Shown: piece after piece, positions 28,974 through 37,183 of the stretch
How positions within the stretch are numbered: the stretch's first letter is position 1
Layout of the letters: each line of letters starts with the position of its first letter
Assembly: GCA_963512605.1 (NCBI GenBank)
Contig: CAUPNG010000024.1
Coordinates: forward strand, 9,849 to 73,848
Length of the DNA stretch: 64,000 nucleotides
From: an uncultured Albidiferax sp.
GTDB lineage: Bacteria; Pseudomonadota; Gammaproteobacteria; Burkholderiales; Burkholderiaceae_C
Direction: 5' to 3'
Program-made: the position numbers and the translations under genes
The notes under the pieces: generated by a model
Databases searched by the model: none
The model's input: only the letters and a program-made list of their open reading frames with translations
What the model was told of the DNA's origin: nothing

Positions 28974-29384
28974 ATGCAAAACTTCGAACTCACCAGCGGC
29001 ATGCTCACCATGGGCGGTGCCTTCTACCCCACGGGCTATGTTTTTGCGATGTTTCCCAGCCAGGACGACGCACAGCGCGTGGCCTCGCAACTGGCCAGTG
29101 CCAGCCCCGATAGCCCGGACAAGCCCACCATGCTGCTCACCGCCCAAACCGTGCTGGACAAACTGCCCCACACCAACGCCGCCGCCGACGACCCTCTGCC
29201 CTCGGTAGGTGTCGAAGGTGCCTGCGTGCGCGAATATGTGGCGCTGGCGGCCCAAGGGCACTGCGCCCTGATGGTGCATGCATCCAAGGCCAAAGAATCG
29301 GAAGCGGTAATGGAGACCATCCGCAGCGTGCCGTTTTCCTGTGCCAAAAAATACCGCACGCTGGTGATTGAAGACTTGCTCTGA
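28974..29384 (+). CDS. hypothetical 136-aa protein
   Basis: High GC3 ORF (MQNFELTSGMLTMGGAFYPTGYVFAMFPSQDDAQRVASQL...). No recognisable family and a weak RBS. Bracketed by repeat copies 6 and 7. Confidence 0.55.
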   Translation: MQNFELTSGMLTMGGAFYPTGYVFAMFPSQDDAQRVASQLASASPDSPDKPTMLLTAQTVLDKLPHTNAAADDPLPSVGVEGACVREYVALAAQGHCALMVHASKAKESEAVMETIRSVPFSCAKKYRTLVIEDLL

Positions 29385-29410
29385 GGCATCCGCCGGGCCG
29401 GATTGCTTTG

Positions 29411-29461
29411 TTTTTTGTAGCTGCTTGTGCTTATGGGCCGGGCGCAAGAGGGTGATTTGCC
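29411..29461 (+). repeat. dispersed 45-50 bp repeat, copy 7 (forward orientation)
   Basis: ttttttgtagctgcttgtgcttatgggccgggcgcaagagggtgatttgcc. Confidence 0.85.
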
Positions 29462-29516
29462 TTAAAGCGTTGCGGGATGTGTCCCTGCGAGGCCTTGCGC
29501 CGTGGGTTGGGTGCTG

Positions 29517-30128
29517 CTATTGCGTGCCGGGGGTGGGTAGGGTGAGCACCTGCCGCGCCCAATGCGGTAACGGCTCCACCAGCGTCTTGACGTGTTCACC
29601 TTCGCAGAGCGCTACCAATTGGTGCCCACCGTCCTCGACATCCCGCGATTCGAAAAGATAGGCCACGGTGGCGCGACGGACTGCCTGGCATAGGTTGCCC
29701 AGCGTGCGCGGCTAGCGCGCCAAAATCCGCTCGGGGGGCACGGTATGGCCGCCTTCGGCCACCCGATTACGGACACGGGCCAACAGGCGTTGCGGCTCGT
29801 CCAGCGCCACCACATACAGCGCTACCACGTAGCCGTAAGCCACGGCCTCGTCGATCAACGCCAGTTTGGATACGTGGGAGAAAACGGTTTCGCTGGCAAA
29901 GGAGATACCGGCTTCCAGCGCGCTTGCACGGCTGGTATGGGCCCAGTCGTGGGCTGCGACGGAACGCTTTTCCGGGTCGCGGAGGTGTTGCAACTGGTCG
30001 CGTTCAAAAATATCGGCGTTGATGAAGGGAAGGTCTGCGCCGATGATGCCGTCGCGTACAAGCGCCCTGTACAGCGTGGATTTGCCCGCGCCGTTAGGGC
30101 CGGCCAGCAGGTGGAAAACGGGCTGCAT
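29517..30128 (-). pseudogene. zeta-toxin-like P-loop kinase/ATPase interrupted by an in-frame TAG (codon 139)
   Basis: Walker A LLAGPNGAGKSTLY. The ORF stops at TAG 29712-29714, but the same frame continues for 64 sense codons (PRTLGNLCQAVRRATVAYLFESRDVEDGGH...PGTQ) to TAG 29517-29519, giving a typical ~203-aa length. Confidence 0.7.
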
Positions 30129-30140
30129 TACCGACTGTAT

Positions 30141-30467
30141 CTACAAGGATTTTTGTGCCAGGGCGCGGTTATCGGTGACCACTTCGCGCACCCGTTGCGC
30201 CAGGGAGCCACTGGTATCGGCTGCCAGCAAACGGCTGGTGAGTTCGGCAACCGTGTCAGTTTGCCGTGCCTTGCGGGCCGCCGCCTCGTACCCTTCGATC
30301 GCCGTGCGCGCCTCTTGCACGGTCAGGCCGGAATGCTCGGCCACACGGCCCAGGGTGGCCCAGTATTCGATCTGGCCCGCCACCGAGCGGCGCAGCGGTT
30401 GGGCGGCTTCGCGGGCTTGCTGCACCAGCGTGGCGGGGAGTTTGACGGAGGCAAAGGCGGTGGACAT
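30141..30467 (-). CDS. ParD-like antitoxin (partner of zeta-like toxins)
   Basis: MSTAFASVKLPATLVQQAREAA...GQIEYWATLGR... Start at ATG 30467 with RBS tAGGAGattc. Ends 12 nt upstream of the toxin start. Confidence 0.65.
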   Translation of the reverse strand: MSTAFASVKLPATLVQQAREAAQPLRRSVAGQIEYWATLGRVAEHSGLTVQEARTAIEGYEAAARKARQTDTVAELTSRLLAADTSGSLAQRVREVVTDNRALAQKSL

Positions 30468-30604
30468 GAAGAATCTCCTATTTGGCGAATTTTGCGCCAA
30501 ATTGCGCCATTTAGGTTTGTTAAAAAGCCTCGCCCCGTTTGAACCTCTCGGTCGTCATTACCAGCGCGATGGCAATGCGGGGCATAGGTCGGGCATAGAT
30601 ACTC

Positions 30605-30656
30605 TTTTTTGGTAGCTGCCTGCGCCCAAGGAATAGGCGCTAGAGTCTGATTTCGG
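30605..30656 (+). repeat. dispersed 45-50 bp repeat, copy 8 (forward orientation)
   Basis: ttttttggtagctgcctgcgcccaaggaataggcgctagagtctgatttcgg. It contains the stop codon of the gene at 30640-31572. Confidence 0.85.
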
Positions 30657-31572
30657 GGTCCATTTTGTGCAAAGGCACACCCGGAGTATCCAGCCGGGTG
30701 CACAGTACCTGGCCGTGGGTGGAGTCGGTCACATACAGGGTTTGCCGGTCTGTGCCACCAAAGGCCAGGTTGGTGGTGGAGGCACCGACCGGGCCACGCA
30801 GTACCTGTACCGGCTCGGCCCGCCCGTTCAGCAGCCACACATAGCCCAGTCCCGGGTTGGCCACCAGCAGGCGGCCCTGTGCATCCACGGCCAGACCATC
30901 CGGCCCGCTGGGGCCGTAGGAGGTGAAGAACTGGCTGACCTTGGCCACGCTGCCGTCGGCCAGCAGGGGCACGCGCCAGACGCAGTTGCCGCGTGTGACG
31001 GCCAAGTACAAGACCTTGCCGTCGGGCGACAGCGCCACGCCGTTGGGGCTGGGCACATTGGCCAGCAGCAGGTCGAGCTGGCCGTCTGGCCGCAGGCGGT
31101 ACAGGCGGCCCGTGGGGTCGTGCAGGCCGGTCTGGCCCTGGTCGGTGAAGTACAGGTTGCCCTCGGCATCGAACACCAGGTCGTTCACGCCCTTGAAGCG
31201 TTCGCTGTTGCGCCGCTCCAGGTAGGGCGTGACGCTGCCGGAGGCAATGTCCAGCCGCACCAGGCCGTTTTTGTAGTCGGTTATGAGCAGCGTGTGGGCA
31301 TCGAGGAACTTCATGCCGTTGGGTTCGCCGTCGTACTCGGCCACCAGGCTCCAGTGGCCTGCGGGGTCGATGCGGAAGATGCGGCCCCAGGGGATGTCGC
31401 TTACATACAGGTTGCCTGCACCGTCGAACACCGGCCCTTCGAGGAAGGAGTCGGTGGGCTGGCCGCCCCGGTTGGCATCGGCCCAGGCACTGCGCTGGGC
31501 ACGGCGCAAGTGCGGCGGCATGGTGGTGAAGACTTCCAGGTCGCGGACCTGGGGGGCTTGCAGCAAAAACAT
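30640..31572 (-). CDS. SMP-30/gluconolactonase/LRE-family beta-propeller protein
   Basis: ...LEGPVFDGAGNLYVSDIPWGRIFRI...NGMKF...NDLVFDAEGNLYFTD...PDGLAVDAQG... Start trimmed to ATG 31572 (RBS GGAGAG). Confidence 0.75.
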   Translation of the reverse strand: MFLLQAPQVRDLEVFTTMPPHLRRAQRSAWADANRGGQPTDSFLEGPVFDGAGNLYVSDIPWGRIFRIDPAGHWSLVAEYDGEPNGMKFLDAHTLLITDYKNGLVRLDIASGSVTPYLERRNSERFKGVNDLVFDAEGNLYFTDQGQTGLHDPTGRLYRLRPDGQLDLLLANVPSPNGVALSPDGKVLYLAVTRGNCVWRVPLLADGSVAKVSQFFTSYGPSGPDGLAVDAQGRLLVANPGLGYVWLLNGRAEPVQVLRGPVGASTTNLAFGGTDRQTLYVTDSTHGQVLCTRLDTPGVPLHKMDPEIRL

Positions 31573-31583
31573 GAAATCTCTCC

Positions 31584-32543
31584 TCAATCGAGTTGGATGC
31601 CGCCTTTGCGGATGACATCGGCCCATTTGGCATTTTCCTTCTTCAAAAAGGCCGCAAATTCGGTGGGCGTGGAGCCCACGGGCTGGGTGCCCATGTCCGT
31701 GAAGCGCTGTTTGACCTCGTCCTCGGCCAGCACCTCGACCAGGGCTTTGTGCAGGGCGTTGGCGATGGCTGGTGGCACACCGGCTGGCAGCAGCAGGCCA
31801 TGCCATTCATAGGCCTCAAAGCCGGGCAGCAGGGTTTCGGCGACGGTGGGCACGCCGGGCAGGCGTTTGCTGCGTTCGCTGGCCGACACGGCCAGGGCCC
31901 GCAGCTTGCCGGACCGCACCAGCGGCGCTGCCGCCGCCACGGTGGCAAACATGAAGTCCACCTGGCCGCCGGTGACATCGACGATGGCCGGGCCGCCGCT
32001 CTTGTAGCCCACGTGCACCAGGTCCAGGTCCAGCTTCTGGCGCAGCAGCTCGGTGGCCAGCCGCTGCACCGTGCCGCTGCCGCCCGAGGCAAAGTTCAGT
32101 TTGCCGGGCTCGGCCTTGGCACGGGCCACCAGGTCTTTCATGTCCTTGATGGGCGATTCGGCCTTGACGATCAGCACGTTAGGTGCCAGTGCCACCAGGG
32201 CCAGCGGCTGCAGCGCGTCGGCCGCATACGGCATCTTGGGGAACAGATGCGGGTTGATGGAGTAGGGCGTTGCGTCGTACAGCAAGGTGGTGCCATCGGG
32301 CTTGGCCTTGGCTACATAGGTTTCGCCAATGGTGCCGCTGGCACCGGCACGGTTGTCCACGATCACGCTGGTCCCCAGCTTGGTGCCCAGGCGCTGGGCC
32401 ACCACGCGGGCCAGCGCATCGGCCGCGCCGCCGGGGGCGTAGGGCACGACGATGGTGATGGGTTTGTCGGCGAACTGGGCGTGTGCGGCGACGCTGGCCA
32501 GCAGGGCGCAGGCGGCGATCAGGCGTTGGAGGAAGGGTTGCAT
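31584..32543 (-). CDS. Bug-family (TctC-like) tripartite tricarboxylate transporter substrate-binding protein
   Basis: Signal peptide plus ...KPITIVVPYAPGGAADALARVVAQ... Bug signature. Confidence 0.85.
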   Translation of the reverse strand: MQPFLQRLIAACALLASVAAHAQFADKPITIVVPYAPGGAADALARVVAQRLGTKLGTSVIVDNRAGASGTIGETYVAKAKPDGTTLLYDATPYSINPHLFPKMPYAADALQPLALVALAPNVLIVKAESPIKDMKDLVARAKAEPGKLNFASGGSGTVQRLATELLRQKLDLDLVHVGYKSGGPAIVDVTGGQVDFMFATVAAAAPLVRSGKLRALAVSASERSKRLPGVPTVAETLLPGFEAYEWHGLLLPAGVPPAIANALHKALVEVLAEDEVKQRFTDMGTQPVGSTPTEFAAFLKKENAKWADVIRKGGIQLD

Positions 32544-32594
32544 GGTGTTTGTCTCTTGGAGTTTGTGGGGTGCGGCCAGCGCTTACCGTGAAAG

Positions 32595-33521
32595 TTAGGC
32601 AGGCAGCGGCTGTGGGACCAGCACGGCCAGCGCATTGTGGGCTGCGGCCACGCCCATATTGACGTAGGCGTCACTGGTCACACCCCCGATGTGGGGGCTG
32701 AGCACCATGCCCGGCTCGCCCTGGAAAGGATGGCCTGCCACCATAGGCTCGGTGGCGAAGCTGTCCAGCCCGGCACTGGCCACCTGGCCGCCGCGTATGG
32801 CCGCCAGCAGCGCGGCCTCGTCGATCAGACCGCCGCGTGCGGTGTTGACCACGATGACACCGCGCTTGCACTGCGCCAGTGTGGCGGCGCACAAAAGGCT
32901 GTGGTTTTCCTCCACCAGCGGGCAGTGCAGCGAAATGGCATCGGCCTCGCGCCACAAGGTTGCCAGGTCCACCCGTTGCACGTAGTCGGGCAGGTTCTGG
33001 GCGAAGGGGTCGAAGCCGATCACCCGCATGCCCAGCGCGTTGGCCATGCGGGCAAAACGCAGGCCGATCGCGCCCAGACCCACCAGGCCGATGGTGCGGC
33101 CACCCAGCTCCACACTTTTGTGGGTGGCCTTGTCCCAGTGGCCAGCGTGCATGCGCGCATTCAGCGCCACAACCGACTTGGCACAGGCCAGCAACAGCGC
33201 CAGGGCCTGCTCCGCGACGGCGGCGGCGTTGGCCCCGGCGGCGGCCACGACCTCAATGCCGCGTGCTTGGGCCGCCACTTTGTCGATGGTGTCTGTACCG
33301 CTGCCGTGTTTGGAGATGACTTTCAAGGCCGGTGCGGCGTCCATGGCGGCTGCGCCCACTTTGCTGTAGCGCACGATGATGGCCACCGGGTTGTGCTGGC
33401 GGCACAGCGCCACAATGTCGGCCTCGGTCGGGGTTTTGCCCGCATACACCATGCGGTAGCCGGTGAGCAGCGCCAGTGCCTGGGGTGCCAGATCGGCACC
33501 GGTAACAAGGATGTTGTTCAC
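32595..33521 (-). CDS. D-isomer-specific 2-hydroxyacid dehydrogenase family protein
   Basis: NAD motif GLVGLGAIGLRFA. GTG start at 33521 behind aaGGAGaaacgct, overlapping the upstream stop by 4 nt. Confidence 0.8.
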   Translation of the reverse strand: MNNILVTGADLAPQALALLTGYRMVYAGKTPTEADIVALCRQHNPVAIIVRYSKVGAAAMDAAPALKVISKHGSGTDTIDKVAAQARGIEVVAAAGANAAAVAEQALALLLACAKSVVALNARMHAGHWDKATHKSVELGGRTIGLVGLGAIGLRFARMANALGMRVIGFDPFAQNLPDYVQRVDLATLWREADAISLHCPLVEENHSLLCAATLAQCKRGVIVVNTARGGLIDEAALLAAIRGGQVASAGLDSFATEPMVAGHPFQGEPGMVLSPHIGGVTSDAYVNMGVAAAHNALAVLVPQPLPA

Positions 33522-34207
33522 AGCGTTTCTCCTTCGCGCAGCACCCCGGCCGTGCGCAGCGCGCTGGTCAGCCATTTGGCGGCGGTGTCGCCGGTCTTGA
33601 TGGCGGCGATGCGGGCGGCTTCGTCGTGCACCTTTTTGGCGGCCAGGGGCAGCAGAGATGCGATCTTGTCGCGCTCGACCACCACCACGCCGTCTGCATC
33701 GCCGATGATGAAGTCGCCCGCGTGCACCGTCACCCCGCCCACCGTCACCGGGTGGCCGATGCGGCCGCCGCAGTTCTTGGTGGGGCCGTTCGGGTTGGTG
33801 CCGACCGAGAACACCGGGTAGTCCATCGCGTCGATGTCCAGGCTGTCGCGGGCCGCGCCGTCCATCACCACCCCGGCAATGCCGAGCTGCTGGCAGGCGG
33901 TCATCATGATGGTGCCCATCAAGGCTGCGGTCTGGTCGCCCTTGCCGTCGATCACCAGCACGTCGCCGGGTTGGGCCAGGGCGATGGCGGCGTGGATCAT
34001 CAGGTTGTCGCCGGGGCGCACTTCGACCGTGATGGCCGTACCGGCCAGCTTCATGCGGGGATGCAAAGGCTTGATGCGGCCATGCAGCGCGCCGCGGCGG
34101 CCGGCCACGTCGGCCAGGATGGCAGGCTGGAAGGCGGCGGCCTGGCGCACGATGTCTTGGGGCACGCGGGCAAAGTCGCGCAGGATGTCGGGCAGGGTGG
34201 AGTGCAT
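33518..34207 (-). CDS. RraA-family protein (4-carboxy-4-hydroxy-2-oxoadipate / HMG aldolase-like)
   Basis: ...PGDVLVIDGKGDQTAALMGTIMMTACQQLGIAGVVMDGAARD... RraA-fold signature. Confidence 0.75.
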   Translation of the reverse strand: MHSTLPDILRDFARVPQDIVRQAAAFQPAILADVAGRRGALHGRIKPLHPRMKLAGTAITVEVRPGDNLMIHAAIALAQPGDVLVIDGKGDQTAALMGTIMMTACQQLGIAGVVMDGAARDSLDIDAMDYPVFSVGTNPNGPTKNCGGRIGHPVTVGGVTVHAGDFIIGDADGVVVVERDKIASLLPLAAKKVHDEAARIAAIKTGDTAAKWLTSALRTAGVLREGETL

Positions 34208-34324
34208 GGTGGTCTTTCGTTGGGGTTGAAGGAAGGTGGAGGGATGAAACAGGCGTGCGGCTTCCCACCCCGCGTCATAGGGTGGCGGGGCAGAACCGGT
34301 GCGTGGAGGGGGAGCGGTGGAGGC

Positions 34325-35308
34325 TTAGTCGGCGCGTGCGCCCGAGGCTTTGACGATGCCGCCCCAGCGCTGGATGTCGCTGCGGATCAGTGCGGCAAAC
34401 GCCTCGGGGGTGCCACCCAGTACATCCGCGCCCTGGGCATCGAGCTTTTGTTTCACTTCGGGGCTGGCCAGCGCCTGGTTGAAGGCGGCGTTGAGCTTGG
34501 TGATGGCATCCTTGGGTATGCCCGCCGGACCGGCCAGGCCGAACCAGGTGACGGCATCAAAACCCTTGTAGCCCGATTCGTCCAGCGACGGCACGTTGGG
34601 CAAGTCGGCGTTGCGCTTCAACGAGGTCACCGCCAGGGCGCGCATCTTGCCGTTGCGGATATGGCCGATCAGCGTGGGCACCGAAGACGCATACATCTGG
34701 ATCTGGCCACCGATCAGGTCGGTCGCGCCCTGGGCTGCGCCTTTGTAGGGCACATGGGTGAGCTGGATGCCAGCGATTTTCTGGAACTGCTCGGTAGCCA
34801 GGTGGGCCACGGTGCCGTTGCCCGAGCTGGCGTAGTTCAGCGCGCCGGGTTTGGCCTTGGCAGCAGCTACCAGGTCGGCCAGGGTTTTGTACGGTGCATC
34901 GGCGGCCACGGCCAGCACCAGGGCGGCGCTGGCGACCAGTCCCACCGGGGCCAGGTCTTTTTCGGGGTTGTAGGGCAGCTTGGGGTAGAGCGTGGGGTTG
35001 ATCGCCAGGTTGCTGGTCTGGCCCAGCACCAGGGTGTAGCCATCGGGTGCGGCCTTGGCGGCGGCATCCACCCCGAGGTTGCCGCCCGAGCCCGGCTTGT
35101 TGTCGATCACCAGCGTCCAGCCCTGGCTGGTGGCCACTTTGTTGGCCACCTCGCGGGCAATGATGTCGGTGCCGCCCCCGGCGGGGAAAGGCACGATCAC
35201 GCGGATCGCCCGGCTGGGGTAGTTTTGTGCCTGGGCGGGCAGCGTGGCCAGCAGGGCAGCGGCTGCTGCTGCGAGTGCGCCCAAAAGGCGGTGGCGGGTG
35301 AAGGTCAT
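34325..35308 (-). CDS. Bug-family (TctC-like) substrate-binding protein
   Basis: Signal peptide plus ...RAIRVIVPFPAGGGTDIIAREV... Confidence 0.85.
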   Translation of the reverse strand: MTFTRHRLLGALAAAAAALLATLPAQAQNYPSRAIRVIVPFPAGGGTDIIAREVANKVATSQGWTLVIDNKPGSGGNLGVDAAAKAAPDGYTLVLGQTSNLAINPTLYPKLPYNPEKDLAPVGLVASAALVLAVAADAPYKTLADLVAAAKAKPGALNYASSGNGTVAHLATEQFQKIAGIQLTHVPYKGAAQGATDLIGGQIQMYASSVPTLIGHIRNGKMRALAVTSLKRNADLPNVPSLDESGYKGFDAVTWFGLAGPAGIPKDAITKLNAAFNQALASPEVKQKLDAQGADVLGGTPEAFAALIRSDIQRWGGIVKASGARAD

Positions 35309-35402
35309 GCAAGGTCTCCGTTGTGGTGTTGAGTGCCTTTATTTTCTGTGAGTGTTTCGCTCTGTACAATTGCGTTGCGTCTGTTGAAACAAGGAGCATG
35401 CC

Positions 35403-36161
35403 ATGCACCCCATCCCAAACCCTGAAACCAGCCCCCCGGACGAGGGCGGTGTGGTGGCCGTGACGCGCGCGCTGCGGCTGCTGGAAGCCTTTGGCACCCG
35501 CCACGCGCAACTCACTTTGGCCGAGTTGAGCCGCCACACCGGACTGCACAAAACCACGGTGCTGCGCATTGCCCGTACCCTGGCCCAGGACCAGTATCTG
35601 GTGCAAAAGGATGACGGCAGCTGGCGGCTGGGGCGGGCCGCTGCCTGGCTGGGCGCGTGTTACCAGGCCAGCTTCAACGTCCACGAGGTGGTGGAGCCAG
35701 TGTTGCGCACCCTGGCCCAGGCGACGGGCGAGAGTGCCTCGTTCTATGTGCGTGAGGGCGACATCCGCACCTGTCTGGTCCGGGTGGAGGGGCCGCAGGC
35801 GATCCGCCACCATGTGCGGGTGGGGGCGGCCATGCCGTTGGACCGGGGCGCGCCCGGGCGGGTGATTCTGGCGTTCTCCGGCGAGCCAGGGGAGCCGTAT
35901 GAATCCATCCGGCGCAGGGGCTACCACCTGTCGCAGGGAGAGCGCGAGCCCGAGGTGTCCAGCGTCTCGGCCCCTATCTTTGGCGTGCAGTGGCGCTTGC
36001 TGGGCTCGGTGTGCATTTCCGGCCCCACCTCACGGTTGCACCTGGCGCGGCTGGAAGAACTGGCCGCCACGGTGATGGATGCGGCCAACCAGTTGTCGTA
36101 TGCGCTGGCGGGTGGGCAGCAGCCGGTGCGGGTTGCGCGCCCGACCACCTGGCATCCTTGA
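35403..36161 (+). CDS. IclR-family transcriptional regulator
   Basis: ...VTRALRLLEAFG...LTLAELSRHTGLHKTTVLRIARTL... Divergent from the Bug/RraA/dehydrogenase gene string. Confidence 0.85.
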   Translation: MHPIPNPETSPPDEGGVVAVTRALRLLEAFGTRHAQLTLAELSRHTGLHKTTVLRIARTLAQDQYLVQKDDGSWRLGRAAAWLGACYQASFNVHEVVEPVLRTLAQATGESASFYVREGDIRTCLVRVEGPQAIRHHVRVGAAMPLDRGAPGRVILAFSGEPGEPYESIRRRGYHLSQGEREPEVSSVSAPIFGVQWRLLGSVCISGPTSRLHLARLEELAATVMDAANQLSYALAGGQQPVRVARPTTWHP

Positions 36162-36162
36162 T

Positions 36163-37113
36163 CTACAGTGAGCCGTCCCGCTTGAACCGGTCCGTCGCCG
36201 CTACCAGCGCACTCGCAATACCCGGCTCAAACGCGGCGTGGCCTGCGTCTTCCACCACCTGGAAGCTGGCTTCCGGCCAGGCCTGGTGCAGTGCCCAGGC
36301 CGAGCAGGGCGGGCACACCGCGTCGTAGCGGCCCTGGATGATCACAGCGGGCAGGTGGCGGATGCGGTCCACATTGCGGATGAGCTGGTTGTCGGTAAAA
36401 AACGCACCGTTGCGCATGTAGTGCGCCTCCAGTCGGCCCACGCCCAGGGCGACCGCGTCGGCACCAAACTGCTCGGTCACCTCGGGGCGCGGCAGCAGGT
36501 GCAGGCAACTGCCCTCGTAACGGCCCCAGGTGCGGGCGGCGGCCAGGTTCTCGGTGGGGTCGTCGCTGAACAGGCGCTGCACATAGGCGGCCAGCAGGTC
36601 GCCGCGCTCCGCCTCGGGGATGTGGGCCGCAAACGCCGCATGTTCTTTGGGAAAGAAGTGCCGGATGCCATTCAAAAACCAGTCGATTTCCGATGGCGTA
36701 CACAGAAAAATGCCACGCAGCACAAAGCCGGTGCAACGCTCGGGGTGGGTTTCGCCATAGGCCAGCGCCAGCGTGGAACCCCAGGAGCCGCCAAACACCA
36801 GCCACTGCGCAATGCCCAGCACCTCGCGCAGTTGCTCGATGTCCTGCACCAGCAGCTGGGTGGTGTTGTTGCGGACCTCGCCCAGCGGGGTGGATTGGCC
36901 CGCGCCGCGCTGGTCGAACAGCACGATGCGGTAGTAGACGGGGTCAAAAAACTGCCGGTGCTTGGGCGACAGGCCCGCGCCCGGTCCACCGTGCAAAAAC
37001 AGCACCGGCACGCCATCGGGGTTGCCGCATTCTTCCCAGTACAGGGTGTGGATGGCGTCCACCGCCAGGGTGCCGGTGCGGTAGGGCTCGATGGGCGGGT
37101 AGGGCTGGGGCAT
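36163..37113 (-). CDS. pip: prolyl aminopeptidase (proline iminopeptidase)
   Basis: MPQPYPPIEPYRTGTLAV...LFLHGGPGAG...GGSWGSTLAL... Start trimmed to ATG 37113. Confidence 0.9.
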   Translation of the reverse strand: MPQPYPPIEPYRTGTLAVDAIHTLYWEECGNPDGVPVLFLHGGPGAGLSPKHRQFFDPVYYRIVLFDQRGAGQSTPLGEVRNNTTQLLVQDIEQLREVLGIAQWLVFGGSWGSTLALAYGETHPERCTGFVLRGIFLCTPSEIDWFLNGIRHFFPKEHAAFAAHIPEAERGDLLAAYVQRLFSDDPTENLAAARTWGRYEGSCLHLLPRPEVTEQFGADAVALGVGRLEAHYMRNGAFFTDNQLIRNVDRIRHLPAVIIQGRYDAVCPPCSAWALHQAWPEASFQVVEDAGHAAFEPGIASALVAATDRFKRDGSL

Positions 37114-37127
37114 GGCGTTTACTCCTG

Positions 37128-37177
37128 TTTTCATAGCTTGTCGTGCCGATGGAATAAGCACAGAAGCCAGTTTAAAC
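37128..37177 (+). repeat. dispersed 45-50 bp repeat, copy 9 (forward orientation, AGCTTGTC subfamily)
   Basis: ttttcatagcttgtcgtgccgatggaataagcacagaagccagtttaaac. Confidence 0.75.
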
Positions 37178-37183
37178 GCCAAA

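Noticed and set aside
25671-30656. An island inserted into the his operon that displaced hisI/hisE
   Set aside because: hisI/hisE are not in the window, and G+C in this interval is indistinguishable by eye from its surroundings. There is no tRNA, integrase or direct-repeat target duplication. Insertion cannot be demonstrated without comparative genomes.
32595-34268. A single 557-aa minus-strand ORF
   Set aside because: The upstream part is an out-of-frame shadow of the RraA-like gene. It is better explained as two genes: the RraA-like gene at 33518-34207, and a 2-hydroxyacid dehydrogenase starting at GTG 33521 behind a strong RBS.
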